Positions 51,424-64,000 of a DNA stretch of 64,000 bases are shown piece after piece. Position numbers and translations under genes: made by a program. The notes below the pieces were generated by a model. It ran no database searches and was not told the origin of the DNA. It was given only the letters and a program-made list of their open reading frames with translations. Position 1 is the first letter of the stretch, and every line of letters begins with the position of its first letter. Origin of the DNA: Octopus vulgaris (taxonomy: Eukaryota); contig OX597822.1 of the NCBI GenBank assembly GCA_951406725.2, positions 76,632,001-76,696,000 on the forward strand, written 5' to 3'.

Positions 51424-51970
51424 ACTTGAGGCATGTCTGAACCAGTAAACAAGCTACTCACTGCATTTTGTCACAGAAAATATATCCTGTTTGTTGACAA
51501 ATGGTGTGTATACACCTAAATGAGCTCGCAGCACCACATAACCAGACTTTCAAAGTAGTTATTCCTCTTCAATAATGGACACCAGGCAGGTGGTGTTATG
51601 AGGTGATTGAAGAGAGTGATTCTCTTATGGTGTTCCAGGTGCTGCATGGCAACTGATAGCTGTCACTGCTTAGTGTGGCCCCTCTGTAATTTACTTATGG
51701 TGAACCACTGCACAGCTCTCTCAGTCACCATATGGCAACTGGAAAAGCGTAAAAGAGTCAAGCCCTTCAATCAGCTTGTAGCACAGCCTGCCTGGTGTCC
51801 ATAACCAACAAGGAGATAACTACTCCGAAACTGTTGCATCTCATGGTCAGAGTTGGTGGCGCTGCAAGCTGATCTAGGTGTATACTCACCATTTATTAAC
51901 AAAGAGGATATGTTCTCCGTGACAAAATGCAGTGCGCAGCTTGTTCACCAGTTCAAAACGTTCCTCAAGT
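51424..51970. mobile_element. Fold-back / long-TIR non-autonomous element (~200-bp arms)
   Basis: CACTGCATTTTGTCAC / GTGACAAAATGCAGTG, GTATACACCTA / TAGGTGTATAC and ATGGACACCAGGCAGG / CCTGCCTGGTGTCCAT are nested inverted pairs. Confidence 0.75.
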
Positions 51971-52152
51971 ACATTCGAACTGATTATAACACTATTTTTA
52001 TCAAATCTGTAGGGATGAAATGCAAAAACAGCCTCAGGTGAAATTTGAACTCAGAACTTAAAAACGGAGCCAATTATTACCTTAACAACAAGAACAACAA
52101 AAACAATAACAGTAATAATGGTAATAATAATAATAACAATAATAATAATAAT

Positions 52153-52205
<53 letters not shown>

Positions 52206-52221
52206 TGATAATAATAATAAT

Positions 52222-52412
52222 AACATTGAAAAATACCTTAGGAACAAGAACCCAGGTTCAAAATTTCAAAATTTCCCCAAGACACCTGATGAAGGCTGGA
52301 GAGTATATCAGCCAAAACGTGTTAACAACAAACAAGATGAGGACGAATATCCATCAAATGTAAATAATATAAATAATGTAAATAATTCCTCCCCTCTTAA
52401 ATATAGAACTGT
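52222..52412 (+). mobile_element. Family H hammerhead tail after (AAT)n
   Basis: GACAC-CTGATGA-AGGCTGGAGAGTATATCAGCC-AAAA-CGTGTT; ends CTCTTAAATATAGAACTG. Confidence 0.8.
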
Positions 52413-53585
52413 ATTTAAGAGAATGTTCAGAAGTGCTCTTATTTCCAATTACCATTCTGTATCTGCTACAAACCAGACCTTCTTCTTGGTTTGCCTTCTG
52501 TGAATCCCTTGCACTTATTCATCCCTTCCTTGAATTGGGAACACTGCATGAAATTCCTGTCTATTCTCTTTGCTGCAACTTGAACATGACTGTTTCTCAT
52601 AGATGGATATGTATGTGTGCATGTGCGCATGTACGTGTGTATCTATAAATGTATGTATGTATGTATGTACATATGCATGCATGCATGCATGTATGTATGT
52701 ATATATATATATACGTATGTATGTATGTACGTATGTATGTATGTATATATGTATGTACGTATTTGTGTATCTATATATGTGTGTATGTACATATGTAGGT
52801 ATGCATGTATGTATGTATGTATATTATGTATATATGTCTGTATGTGTATATGTGAGTATGTATGCATGTATGTTATGTATGTATATATATATATATGTAT
52901 GTACGTGTGTGTATATGTATGTATGTACATATGCATGTATGTATGCATGTATATATGTATGTTATTATACAGTTTTATTTCAAGATTTCTTGACAATAGA
53001 ATAAGAGCTGGTATCTAATCTAGATCCATCAACAGGGTATTTGTGTATGCAGTGCATGTATATGTGCAATAGCTGCAGTTAGTGCATGTACAGATTTATA
53101 TGTTTTGTCTTATATATGTATTCCCATACATATAGTTGTATGTGTGTGTGTATATATATATCTACATATACATATAACTGTATGTATGTATAAGTGTATG
53201 CATGTATGTATGTGTTAGTGAATGTATCCATGTATGCATGTATGAATATATGTATACATGTAGATGTATATATGTGTGTATGTACGTATGTATGTAAGTA
53301 TATATATGCATGTGTGTATCTGTTACTGTCTCCTTTCCTAGTTATGAATCGCATGATAGTTGCGAATGCATATTTGACATCATGTGAGCAGAGTCCTTCA
53401 TTTACAATCTTCCATGGAAATATGTCTGATCATGGTGGAAAATATTACCTTGCTCAGAAACAAGTGAGGGTTGGCAACAGGGAAGGTATCTAACTGTAGA
53501 ATATCCAAATCAACAAGCATTCCATTTGACCCATGCAAGCAATTGAAAAGTGGAAGTTAAACCTATGATGATAATGATGATGATA

Positions 53586-54067
53586 TATTCAAAACGAATG
53601 AACCGATTTCATTACGCAATATTTTAGTAAGGAAAAGCTATAGAAAACTCCAGCTAAGTCACAAGTATTTACTCACAATCAACTTTTATTTCCTGCCTTA
53701 CAAGTGTTCAATGTGGCCATCAATGCGATAAGAGAATTCCTCCCAGATGCGTAACTGCACATCACGATCCACTGAGTTGATCGTTGTTGTTATTCAATGT
53801 TTCAGATCATCAAAGTTAGTGGGTAGCAGTGGAACATAAACACAATCTTTTAAATATCCTCACAAAAAGAAAAAATCACATACGGTGAAATCTGGGGATC
53901 TCGCAAGCCAAGCACAAAGAGCGTCTGGGAGGAATTCTCTGATTGCATTGATGTTGGCCATACTGCACAAGTGGTGGCCACATTGTGACTTAGCTGGAGT
54001 TTTCTATTGCTTTCTCTCATTAAAATATTGTGTAATGAAATTGGTTCATTCTTTTTGAATAATCCTG
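53586..54067 (-). mobile_element. Tc1/mariner-superfamily deletion derivative with ~80-bp TIRs and a transposase C-terminal remnant
   Basis: Minus strand WLARSPDFTVCDFFFL*GYLKDCVYVPLLPTNFDDLKH*I (WPxRSPDLTPCDFFLWG motif); TIRs at 53586-53664 and 53983-54067. Confidence 0.85.
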
Positions 54068-54074
54068 TATATCT

Positions 54075-54262
54075 CTCTTTAACTCTTTTACTTGCTTCAG
54101 TCATTTGACTGTGGCCATGCTGGAGCACCGACTTTTAGTTGAGCAAATCGACCCCAGGACTTATTCTATTGATCTCTTTTGCCGAACCGCTAAGTTACGG
54201 GGATGTAAACACACCAGCATCGGTTGTCAAGCAATGTTGAGGGGACAAACACAGATACACAA

Positions 54263-54307
<45 letters not shown>

Positions 54308-54479
54308 TATATACGACAGGCTTCTTTCAGTTTCCATCTACCAAATCCACTCACAAGGCTTTGTTCGGCCCAAGGCTATAGTAGAAGACACTTGCCCAAG
54401 GTGCCATGCAGTGGGACTGAACCCAGAACCATGTGGTTGGTAAGCAACCTACTTACCACACAGCCACTCCTACGCCTAT
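54075..54479 (-). mobile_element. SINE family A, full length, internal (CA)n
   Basis: Close to the in-window consensus. Confidence 0.9.
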
Positions 54480-55279
54480 AATATATAATATATATCAAGA
54501 GTATGTATGCATGTTAATATAAATATATAAATCTGAGGGGAAAATGGAAACAATAGTACAAATTTAAATCAAAGAAAAATAAATATACACCAAACACTAT
54601 TGGTAAAAACCACTCCAACATACAATGAGTTTGTTTAATATAAATCTATATGCACTACATTTGTACATCTGAAGGCTACAAATGCTATCACTATGTTAAA
54701 CATTTATAATATAGCATGATATCCATCTGATTACATAGCTGTATCACCATTATTACAATTGTTATTGTTTGTTTTTTATTTCGATATATATATGTATGTG
54801 TATGTGTGTGTGTGTATGGGTGGGTGGGTATAAATGTATTAAAAGTAAACTGCTAAGATAAGCTATTGACCAATGTTAAATACTAATATAAATTTTGCCC
54901 CAGGGAGCAATAATGGAAAATAGGGTCAGTAAGAACTGATTTAAATAATATGTATTTATTCTTCTTTATTTATATATATATATATATTATTTTTTCAAAA
55001 TTCCTCAAAATTATTCCCATTGCACACACACTCACATACACACACACATAGAACAATGTATATACATGCACAAACACACAAATCACACACACACATGTTG
55101 TGTGTGTGTATCTATGTATATATATATATCTACATATGTACATAAGCACATGGCCTAGTGGTTAAGGTGTTGACCTTACAGTTGCAAGATCAAGGTTTCA
55201 ATTCCCAGAATAGATGATACAAAACACTGTTTCATGCTGCTCTGCAATCACTTCAACTTTTGTTCTGTTTCCAAGTAAG

Positions 55280-55580
<301 letters not shown>

Positions 55581-55698
55581 AAGATATTTGAGGACAGATT
55601 TATTTTTATTAAAACAAAACAGATATATAATAACAAATAGCAACTTTATTCATCAAAAGATGCTATGAGGATGAAAATAAACCTTCTTTTCTATAATG

Positions 55699-56123
55699 TT
55701 ATTCAATAAAGCCAGCTTCAGCTTCCCCAACTGTTTCTATATGAGATCTAAATCATCTACATGCTCAAATCAAGAGGTTCTGGTTCATTTTGAACATTAC
55801 TCTGACTATGGCAACTTTCAAAGAATCTTTGGTGTTATGGCCGTGTTCATTGACCTCTCTCTCTCAACAATGCTCCACTTGTAATAGTCCAATGGATTGA
55901 GATATGGGGAATTAGGAGGCCAAGTGATAGGGGTTATGCGATCATGAAAGTTTTCAGCCATCCATTCCTGTGTTACCAGAGCCATGTGTGATAGAGCAGA
56001 GTCTTACTGAAACACATATGGACTTCCATTGTATACACTGTCTATTCAGGGCTGAACAATTATTTCCAGGACCTTAATGTAGGCGGCAGAGTTAACTCTA
56101 AGGCCTTGTGGAAAGAAGTAAGG
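55699..56123 (-). pseudogene. DD37D (maT-type) transposase C-terminal half, pseudogenised
   Basis: PYFFPQGLRVNSAAYIKVLE...YVFQ*DSALSHMALVTQEWMAENFHDRITPITWPPNSPYLNPLDYY...GFIE*. There are 37 residues between the second and third catalytic Asp, and several in-frame stops. Confidence 0.88.
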
Positions 56124-56422
56124 ATATTCCGCATTAAATAAGGGTTTATGGAAGTAACTGGGAAGAGGATAAATATGGTAGTGATGGAGTTCCAGAACAA
56201 TGCTCTGTGGCCATGCTACAGCACTGCCTGTTAAACTCAGACTGCACTGTATAGTCAATGACACATCTGATAAGTTTTAACTAAATATAGACCAATTTAA
56301 ACTCTACTCTTTTACTCGTTTCAGCCATGTGGCTGTGGTCATGCTGGAGCACCAAATTATCAAACTGTTTATTATATATTATTAATATCAATATACTTGA
56401 AATACATTTCCTGATCTTGGAA

Positions 56423-56464
<42 letters not shown>

Positions 56465-56495
56465 AATAATAGTAATAATAATAATAATAATAAAC

Positions 56496-56855
56496 CTTTA
56501 TGAGTGTGATCATTGCCAGTGTCGCCTTACTGGCACATGTTCTGGTGGCACATGGAAAACAACATTCGAGTGTGGTCTTTATCAGTGCTGCCAGACCGGC
56601 TTTCATGCATTTAGCACGTAAAAAACACCTTTTGAGCATGGTCATTGCCAGAACTGCCTGACTGGCCCTCATGCCGGTGGCATGTAAATACACTCACTAC
56701 ACTCTCGGAGTGGTTGGCATTAGGGAGGGCATCCAGCTGTAGAAACTTCACCAGATTAGATTGGAGCCTGGTGCAGCCTTCTGGCTTGCCAGTCCTCAGT
56801 CAAACCGTCCAGCCCATGCCAGAATGGAAAGCGGATGTTAAACAATGATGCTGAT
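56496..56855 (+). mobile_element. Family C element
   Basis: Internal tandem units, core and (GAT)n tail. Confidence 0.85.
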
Positions 56856-56857
56856 GG

Positions 56858-57075
56858 GAGGGGCAAAAGCAGTGCCTGTAATAATTGGTGCATAGGGAAC
56901 TGTGGGTAAAGATATAGAAAAATGGTTGAAGTAGATTTGAATAGAATGTCCTGTAGAACTTCTGAAGATGGCTTGCCTTTTAGGGACAGGAAAGATTATC
57001 AGAAGCGTTTCAAGCACTTGAAAGTCTACAGAAAGCTTCTAGATATCTAAGGTTGTGGGTAACAACCCTCTACCC
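56858..57075 (+). mobile_element. R4/Dong-like LINE 3' end, second family
   Basis: AVPVIIGA*GTVGKDIEKWLK*I*IECPVELLKMACLLGTGKIIRSV matches the VPxVIGALG...LQKAxLLGTAxIxR motif. Confidence 0.75.
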
Positions 57076-57125
57076 ACATAAATTCTACCAGGAATAAGAA
57101 TGAACCTGAGTCAAATCATCAATAA

Positions 57126-57320
57126 TCTTTTCTACTATAGGCACAAAGCCCGAAATTGAGGGAAGAGGGATAGACAATTATATCGACCCCAGTACTCAAC
57201 TGGTACTTAATTTATTGAAACCCCAAAGGATGAAATGCAAAGTCGACCTTGGCAGAAACTGAACTCAGAACATAGCAGCAGACAAAATTTCGCTAAGCAT
57301 TTTGCCCCAGCATGCTAACG
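57126..57320 (-). mobile_element. SINE family B
   Basis: Similarity to the in-window copies. Confidence 0.8.
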
Positions 57321-57377
57321 ATGATGATGATGGTGGTGGTGGTGGTGGTGGTGGTGGTGATTATTATCATTATTATA

Positions 57378-57436
<59 letters not shown>

Positions 57437-58057
57437 CATCATTATTATTATTATCATTATTATTATTATTTTTATTATTATTATTATCATCAGCAAATTG
57501 GACTACTGGCAACAGAGCTGCAGATTTTAATATAATATATATGCTTTTCATAAACTGAATTGTTTTGTAATCCTTTCGCTTTACATTCTATGAAACATTA
57601 TTTTCTTAAAATGCATCAAGTTTATTATACTTGCCTGCAGCTGCTGGATACGAGAAAGAAATAGCTCAGTGATTCTACCTTTGGCAAGTAATACCAAAGT
57701 GTTTGAAATATGCATACATGCACACTTGCATACATGCATGCATTTTACATTCATACATACACACATACGCACAAGCATGCGTATGTACAGATGTTGTAGT
57801 CTGTTTTCTGTTATTGCTGAACTGTACGCAACTTTGAAGAACAAAATTTTTATTTTGAATTCACAAATACCTCTGTGTCGCTCTTTGAACATGTGAAGAC
57901 CTTGGAGTTAAATGAAATGATTGGCATAACATTAAAACTATTAAGAATATAAACCGGTAAGATTTTAAATAAATAGGAAAGAAAGCAAGTGTATATGTAT
58001 ATACATATATACATTTATATATATATCATCATCATCAAACGATGATGATGATGATGA

Positions 58058-58094
<37 letters not shown>

Positions 58095-58217
58095 ATATAT
58101 AAACAATATGCATATATACACATGTATATATATACATCATATATATGCACGCACAGATATACATACACACGTAAAGACACATTACATGCACACACATACA
58201 CACACATATATAAATAA

Positions 58218-58265
<48 letters not shown>

Positions 58266-58393
58266 TCAATATAGGGTGGCAAAAAAATTGATTGTGATAT
58301 ATATATATATATATATATATGATATTTGGTAGAATATAAATATCAAAGCCCATCAGTAGATGAATCAGAAAGGAACCTTCGTACATATACATA

Positions 58394-58435
<42 letters not shown>

Positions 58436-58954
58436 TGGTATAGAATATATATACATACACACATATATAATATAGAATAATATTTCAATTTTCTTCCTCT
58501 GCTTCGCATTGAACATTAAATATCTGTACCCCCTGAAGAGCAAGATAAAAAATGGAGAAATAAACCTTCTCCTGAATAGAAGAAAGGAATGGGTGAATAA
58601 ATGATACGTCGCTGTTAATGACAAGAAGTAAGCCTTCATTGCGAAACATAGGAAATAAATGTACAATGATTTTTGTTGCCATCTTGAAATTCTGAACACT
58701 GTTAACAGAAATTTAGATGATATCTTATCATAAAGCAGAATAACTTTACAGCATGTCAGATGCTGTTTGATCTTAAACAGGCAGAACTTCTGGTGGTAAA
58801 GAAACACATTTTGAAAATTATATATCCCTGAGCATATGTGTGCTTGCATGTGTGTGTGTGTGTATATGTGTGTGTGTACATTGCTGATAGGAGATTCATG
58901 TTAACACATGGAGGATTCGATCAAGATAATATATACACATATATATAATCGAGA

Positions 58955-59095
58955 TAGGTGCAGGAGTGGCTGTGTGGTAAGTAGCTTGCAAACCAAACAC
59001 ATAGTTCTGGGCAAGTGTCTTCTACTATAGCCTCAGGTTGACCAAAGCCTCATGAGTGGATTTGGTTGGTAGATAGAAACCGAAAGAAGCCCATC

Positions 59096-59137
<42 letters not shown>

Positions 59138-59289
59138 GGAGAATTCGCGAAAAAAACAAAAAACAAAGACAGGTGGTGTAGAAAACAAACAGATGTATTA
59201 GTATAACACTCAGGAATTGAAAAACTCTTTAACATATTGAGCCTACGCTCTTCCACAGAAAGAAGGAGAGAAAAAATGCATGTAGTGGT

Positions 59290-59325
<36 letters not shown>

Positions 59326-59356
59326 TATACACATATATATATATATATACACATAT

Positions 59357-59406
<50 letters not shown>

Positions 59407-60700
59407 ATAATAATAAAAGGGTAAAATTAATTAATTAATAATTAATAATTTTACCAAGTAGTTCAGTACATTAAAATACCCTTTTTAGGTAAAAATCATA
59501 CAAATATTCTATAATTATAAGCATAATTATTTACCTATATGAAAAAGTGTGTTACTGTCTGAGAGATCTTTACGGTAGTAGAAAAGGCATTTTTAACTCC
59601 TATTTCTAAATTCAGTGTGTGGCGAAGCAATTAGCTGACCCCTGATTATAATTATGCTTATAATTATAGAATATCTGTGTACATATATATGTATATATTT
59701 GTGTGTCTGTGTTTGTCCTCACCATTATCACTTGACAACCGATGTTGGTGTGTTTACATCCCTGTAACTTAGTGGTTTGGCAAAATAGTTCAAAAGAATA
59801 AGTACAAGGCTTACAAAGAATAAGTCCTGGGGTCGATTTGTTCGACTAAAAGGCAGTGCTCCGGCATGGCCGCAGTCAAATGACTGAAACAAATAAAAGA
59901 ATAAAAGAATATGCATATATAAAGTTGCAGGAGAAGATGTGGTAAGAAGTTTGCTTCCGAACCACAGGTTTCTGGGTTCAGTCCAACTGCAAGGCACATT
60001 GGGAAAGTGACTTCTACTATGGCCTCAGGTGAACCAAAGGATTGTACAGAGATTTGGTAAATGGAAACTGAAAGAAGCATGCCATTTATATTTAGATATG
60101 TGTGTCTTTGTGTCTGCTTTTGTCTCCTCACCACTGCTACACAACCAGTGTTGGTTTGGTTACATCCACATAAGCAAGAGAAACTAAGAGAATATGTACC
60201 ATAAGTACTAGGGTCAATTTGTTTGACTGTAGAAGTGCTCCAGCATGACCATGGTCTAATGACTGAAACAAGTAAAAGATAAAAACATATATAGGCGCAG
60301 GCATGGCTGTGTGGTAAGAAGTTTGCTTTTGAACCACTTGGTTCTAGGTTCAATCCCCACTGCATGGCACCTTGGGCAAGTGTCTTCAACTATAACCTCA
60401 GGCTGACCAAAGCCTTGTGAGTGGATTTGGTAGAAGGAAACTGAAAGAAACCTATCATATATATATGTGTGTGTGTGTCTGTCTGTCTGTCTGCCTTTGT
60501 TTCTGTGGTTGTTCCCCCATCACCACTTGACAACTGGTGTTGTTGTGCTTACATGCCCGTAACTTAGCAATTCAGCAATAGAGAATGATAGAATATGTAC
60601 TAGACTTCGAAAATAAGTCTTGGGGTCATTTGTTCAACTGAAACCTCTCAAGGTGGTGCTCCAGCATGGCCATGGTCAAATGACTGAAAATGCTAAAAGA
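58955..60700 (+). mobile_element. Three head-to-tail family A SINEs; the first is split in its internal (TA)n by Penelope-like fragments
   Basis: Heads at ~58957, ~59927 and ~60293. The first copy resumes at ~59680 after 59135-59675. Confidence 0.8.
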
Positions 60701-60985
60701 CTATACACTTGAAAACAAAAAGCCTACAGGCAGTCACCTACTGGTAAATAACAACATGCTGTATGATCAAATGAAGCAAAACCGAGTTTATTGAGTGAGG
60801 TACCTTTTGAAAAGTCACCCGAAAAGACACTTCTATACCGACAGATGCACCATAACTAGTTGTATAGTATGTCACCTGCGAGGAATCCAGGCAAGATGAG
60901 TCGAACAAACAATCGTTGTGATTTATAAAGAATCTCGTGAACTCCAATTTTTTTGTTTCTCTCTTTCGTTACACATACATACATG

Positions 60986-61385
60986 TCATCATCATCGTCG
61001 TTTAACGTCTGCTTTCCATGCTAGCATGGGTTGGACGGTTTGACTGAGAACTGGCAAGCCAGGAAGTTGCACCAGGTTTCAATCTGATCTGGCAAGATTT
61101 CTATATCTGGATGCCCTTCCTAACACCAACCACTCCAAGAGTGTAGGGGTTTTTTGTGTGCCACCAGCATGGGGCGGGCCAGTCTGATGGCATGGGCATC
61201 GACTATGCTCAAATGGTGCTTTTTACATGCCACTAGCATGGGAACCAGTCAGGCGGCACTGGCAACGACCACGCTCGAATGGTGCTTCTTACATGCCACT
61301 GGCCCAGATGCCAGTCAGGCAGTACTGGCATCAGCCATGACAATGATTTCACTTCACTCAACAGGTCTTCTCAAGCACAGCAGAT
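60986..61385 (-). mobile_element. Family C element
   Basis: Core plus three internal units. Confidence 0.85.
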
Positions 61386-61459
61386 ATACATATATATACA
61401 TATATACACACACACGCACACACGCATATATATATATATATATATATGTGTGAGGTAAA

Positions 61460-61785
61460 AACCCCCTTTGTTCATAAATGACCATGAGAATGCTTCTAGA
61501 AAGTTCCCCTTCAAGTCCGGGCAAGGTTGTAGATGGAAGAACAATAAGTCACCCATGCATACCAGCCCCGCCTCTCCACACTACCGGTGTTATCCAAGGG
61601 AAAGGCAAAGACTGATTCAGCTTGGCACTTGTAACATCACAACTTGTTTCTATGGATGAGTGATCTGGAGCAGTGTCAAATGAAGTGTCTTGCTCAAGAA
61701 CAAAACACACAGCCTGGTCTGGGAATCGATCTCACTACCTTATAATTGTGAGCTCAATGCTGTAACCACTGAGACATGTGCCTTC
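61460..61785 (-). mobile_element. SINE family E
   Basis: Collinear with 32612-32936. Confidence 0.8.
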
Positions 61786-61866
61786 ACCCAAACAAAAACA
61801 CACACACACACATATCTATATATCTTTATAGATACAGACACATATTTATGTATATGTATGTATATG

Positions 61867-61934
<68 letters not shown>

Positions 61935-62569
61935 CATGGACTATTAGATGCAATGTTCCCTGCTTATCCTTAAGATGCCATGTTCAATCCCAGCCTGTGA
62001 CATCTTGAAGAATTGCCTTCATCACAGCATCAGCTTTGTGAGCGAATTGCAATAGTTTAATGGTATGGACATGGTGAGAAAGAGAGAGAGAAAGTCAGGC
62101 AGACAGACTGACAGATCAATAGACTGATCTGGAAAGAAACAGCTCATTCTGCCATATATTCAAATTATTCTTCTCTTTTTCATTGCTATTCTTTCAAATT
62201 CTTATTATGTCCATATTTACATCCCCCCACATCTTCCTCTCTCCCACTCACCACTGCCTTACACACACACACACACACACACACATTCTCTCACTCCAAC
62301 GTTGACACCCTCTACAAGTTTATGTGTTAAACAATTTATTTGCTTGTCTTTGTAAAATATCTCTAACAGATCTTTCTAAACACAGTGGAATTCCTTGGGT
62401 AATGCTGGAGTCTAAGCATAGGGTGTGGGGGAGTATGCAGGGTGGTGTGGTACATGATGATGGCTTGTGGGGTAGTTCTGCTGTGGCGTGATGTGGTGTG
62501 GTGTGGTCTTGTAGAGAGAATGCAAAGAAAATGTGAAGGAAAAACGAATAAGAAAAATACCGACAATAC

Positions 62570-62711
62570 CGCCACCACCACCATCATCATCATCACCACC
62601 ATCACCACACTCGCCGCCGCCACCACCACCACCACCATCATCATCACCACTACCACCTTCACCACCACCACCACCACCACCATCACCACCACCACCATCA
62701 TCACCATTGCC

Positions 62712-62742
<31 letters not shown>

Positions 62743-62835
62743 CCACCACCACCAACACCACCACCACCATCACCATCATCATCATCACTACCACCGTGAC
62801 CACCACCACCATCATCATCACTACCACCACCACAA
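62570..62835. repeat. (ACC/ATC)n trinucleotide tract
   Basis: Seen directly; source of the poly-Pro/Thr/Val ORFs. Confidence 0.95.
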
Positions 62836-64000
62836 CCAATAAACCTTCACTGTAAATTCCACCATCAATACTACTGCCATCTTGAAACTACACCGCCATC
62901 TTTGTCATCTCTGATAAAGATGAAGAAAGCAAACACACATATACAAAAAAACAAAAAGAAATGTAATAATTGGTGAGGGTGAGGGTTGGTGGTGGTGATG
63001 GGTTGACTGTAGAAATGGTGTTGGTGGAATGATGATGCAAAAGATAAAATTAATTTCGTTGCACCACAGATTTTATGATGAGTTAATCAATATAATGCAC
63101 ATTTTGCTCAGTGAAAGGTTTTTATGTACGTTTTTTATTAATTTTCTTAATTCGTTTTTTTTGTTGTTATATCTAAGGAATGTGTGTCTTCATATATGTA
63201 TATGTGTTTTACGTATGTCTTCTGCATCTGTGTGCATGTGTAAGAGCATGTGTGTGCGTGTGTATGGTGAAAATTGTGTATGAGTGTGTGTGAAATGAAA
63301 ATTGCGCTTTAAAAATGTCGAGAGCGAAGAGAGAAAATATAAATAAGATAACTATAAAACCAGGTGTGAAGTGAAAACTACCATTGCGATCATCCACCGC
63401 ACCACCTTCTAGTTAATGTCCACATAATTTTAAAATATGCCACCAGATGCTCACCAAATGTCTGGCTAATTTATAATTGTATGAGTTTATTCCATCCATA
63501 TGCAATTTAGTATTATTGCTTCAGCAGTATTTTTTAAATTAACTCTTAAATTGATGTCTCCTTTTTCAGACCTTACTTTAGCAACTTATATTAAAGATAC
63601 TGATGCTGTCTTCAAGCATTTATGCTATTCACAAAAGCTTTAGCCACATTATTGATATGTAATGGCTAAAATTTTTCCATAAGAATTGGTTTCAAGTGCA
63701 AAGGAGTGACTCCAAGTTTCAAGCAAGCATTGGCAGCTGGTTAGGAAGTTTGTCTCATGACCAGGCACATTGCATGACTTTTAGAGGCCTCCTGCAACTT
63801 TTTGCTTTGAGGCCCCATCCATTCAATCAAAATTCATAATCTACGCACCTTTTATTCATAGCTATATTTTACTTTATTCTATCTGAAATTCAATATTTCA
63901 CGTTATCCTAAAGAACATCTTTAGTACAAGTTAAATTTATTTAAGATTATTACAAATTTCAATAAATACAACTTCCAGATATGTGAGTATTAAGGACCAG

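Noticed and set aside
62363-62855. Poly-Pro/Thr/Val ORFs resembling mucin or extensin (also 36435-36927)
   Set aside because: (ACC/ATC/ACT)n microsatellite open in multiple frames.

Overview
This is AT-rich, extremely microsatellite-dense animal genomic DNA. Its repeat content is characteristic of an octopus (coleoid cephalopod) genome; the taxon is inferred from repeat recognition, not from a search. I find no confidently supportable host protein-coding gene. Almost all ORFs in the track are translations of (TA/CA/TG)n or trinucleotide repeats, or of SINEs. The window contains about 30 copies or fragments of a tRNA-headed SINE with an internal microsatellite (family A), further SINE-like families (B, C, E and an OK-like SINE), and decayed RTE and R4/Dong-type LINE fragments. 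It also has a DD37D (maT) transposase remnant and several MITEs (mariner, Tc1-like, hAT with 8-bp TSDs, piggyBac-like). Four observations stand out. (1) A composite non-autonomous retroelement joins a Pol III tRNA-like head, an (AAT)n tract and a tail carrying a minimal hammerhead-ribozyme motif; it inserts with an inverted partial copy at its 5' end, as Penelope-like elements do, so it is a candidate Penelope-mobilised 'ribozyme SINE'. (2) A separate near-canonical minimal hammerhead lies at 20009-20056. (3) A ~440-nt hairpin at 30865-31308 shows G-U bias on the + strand. (4) Two short insertions appear templated from loci 2.5-2.8 kb away. Family labels A, B, C, E and H are my own working names, and repeat boundaries are approximate unless a TSD is given.
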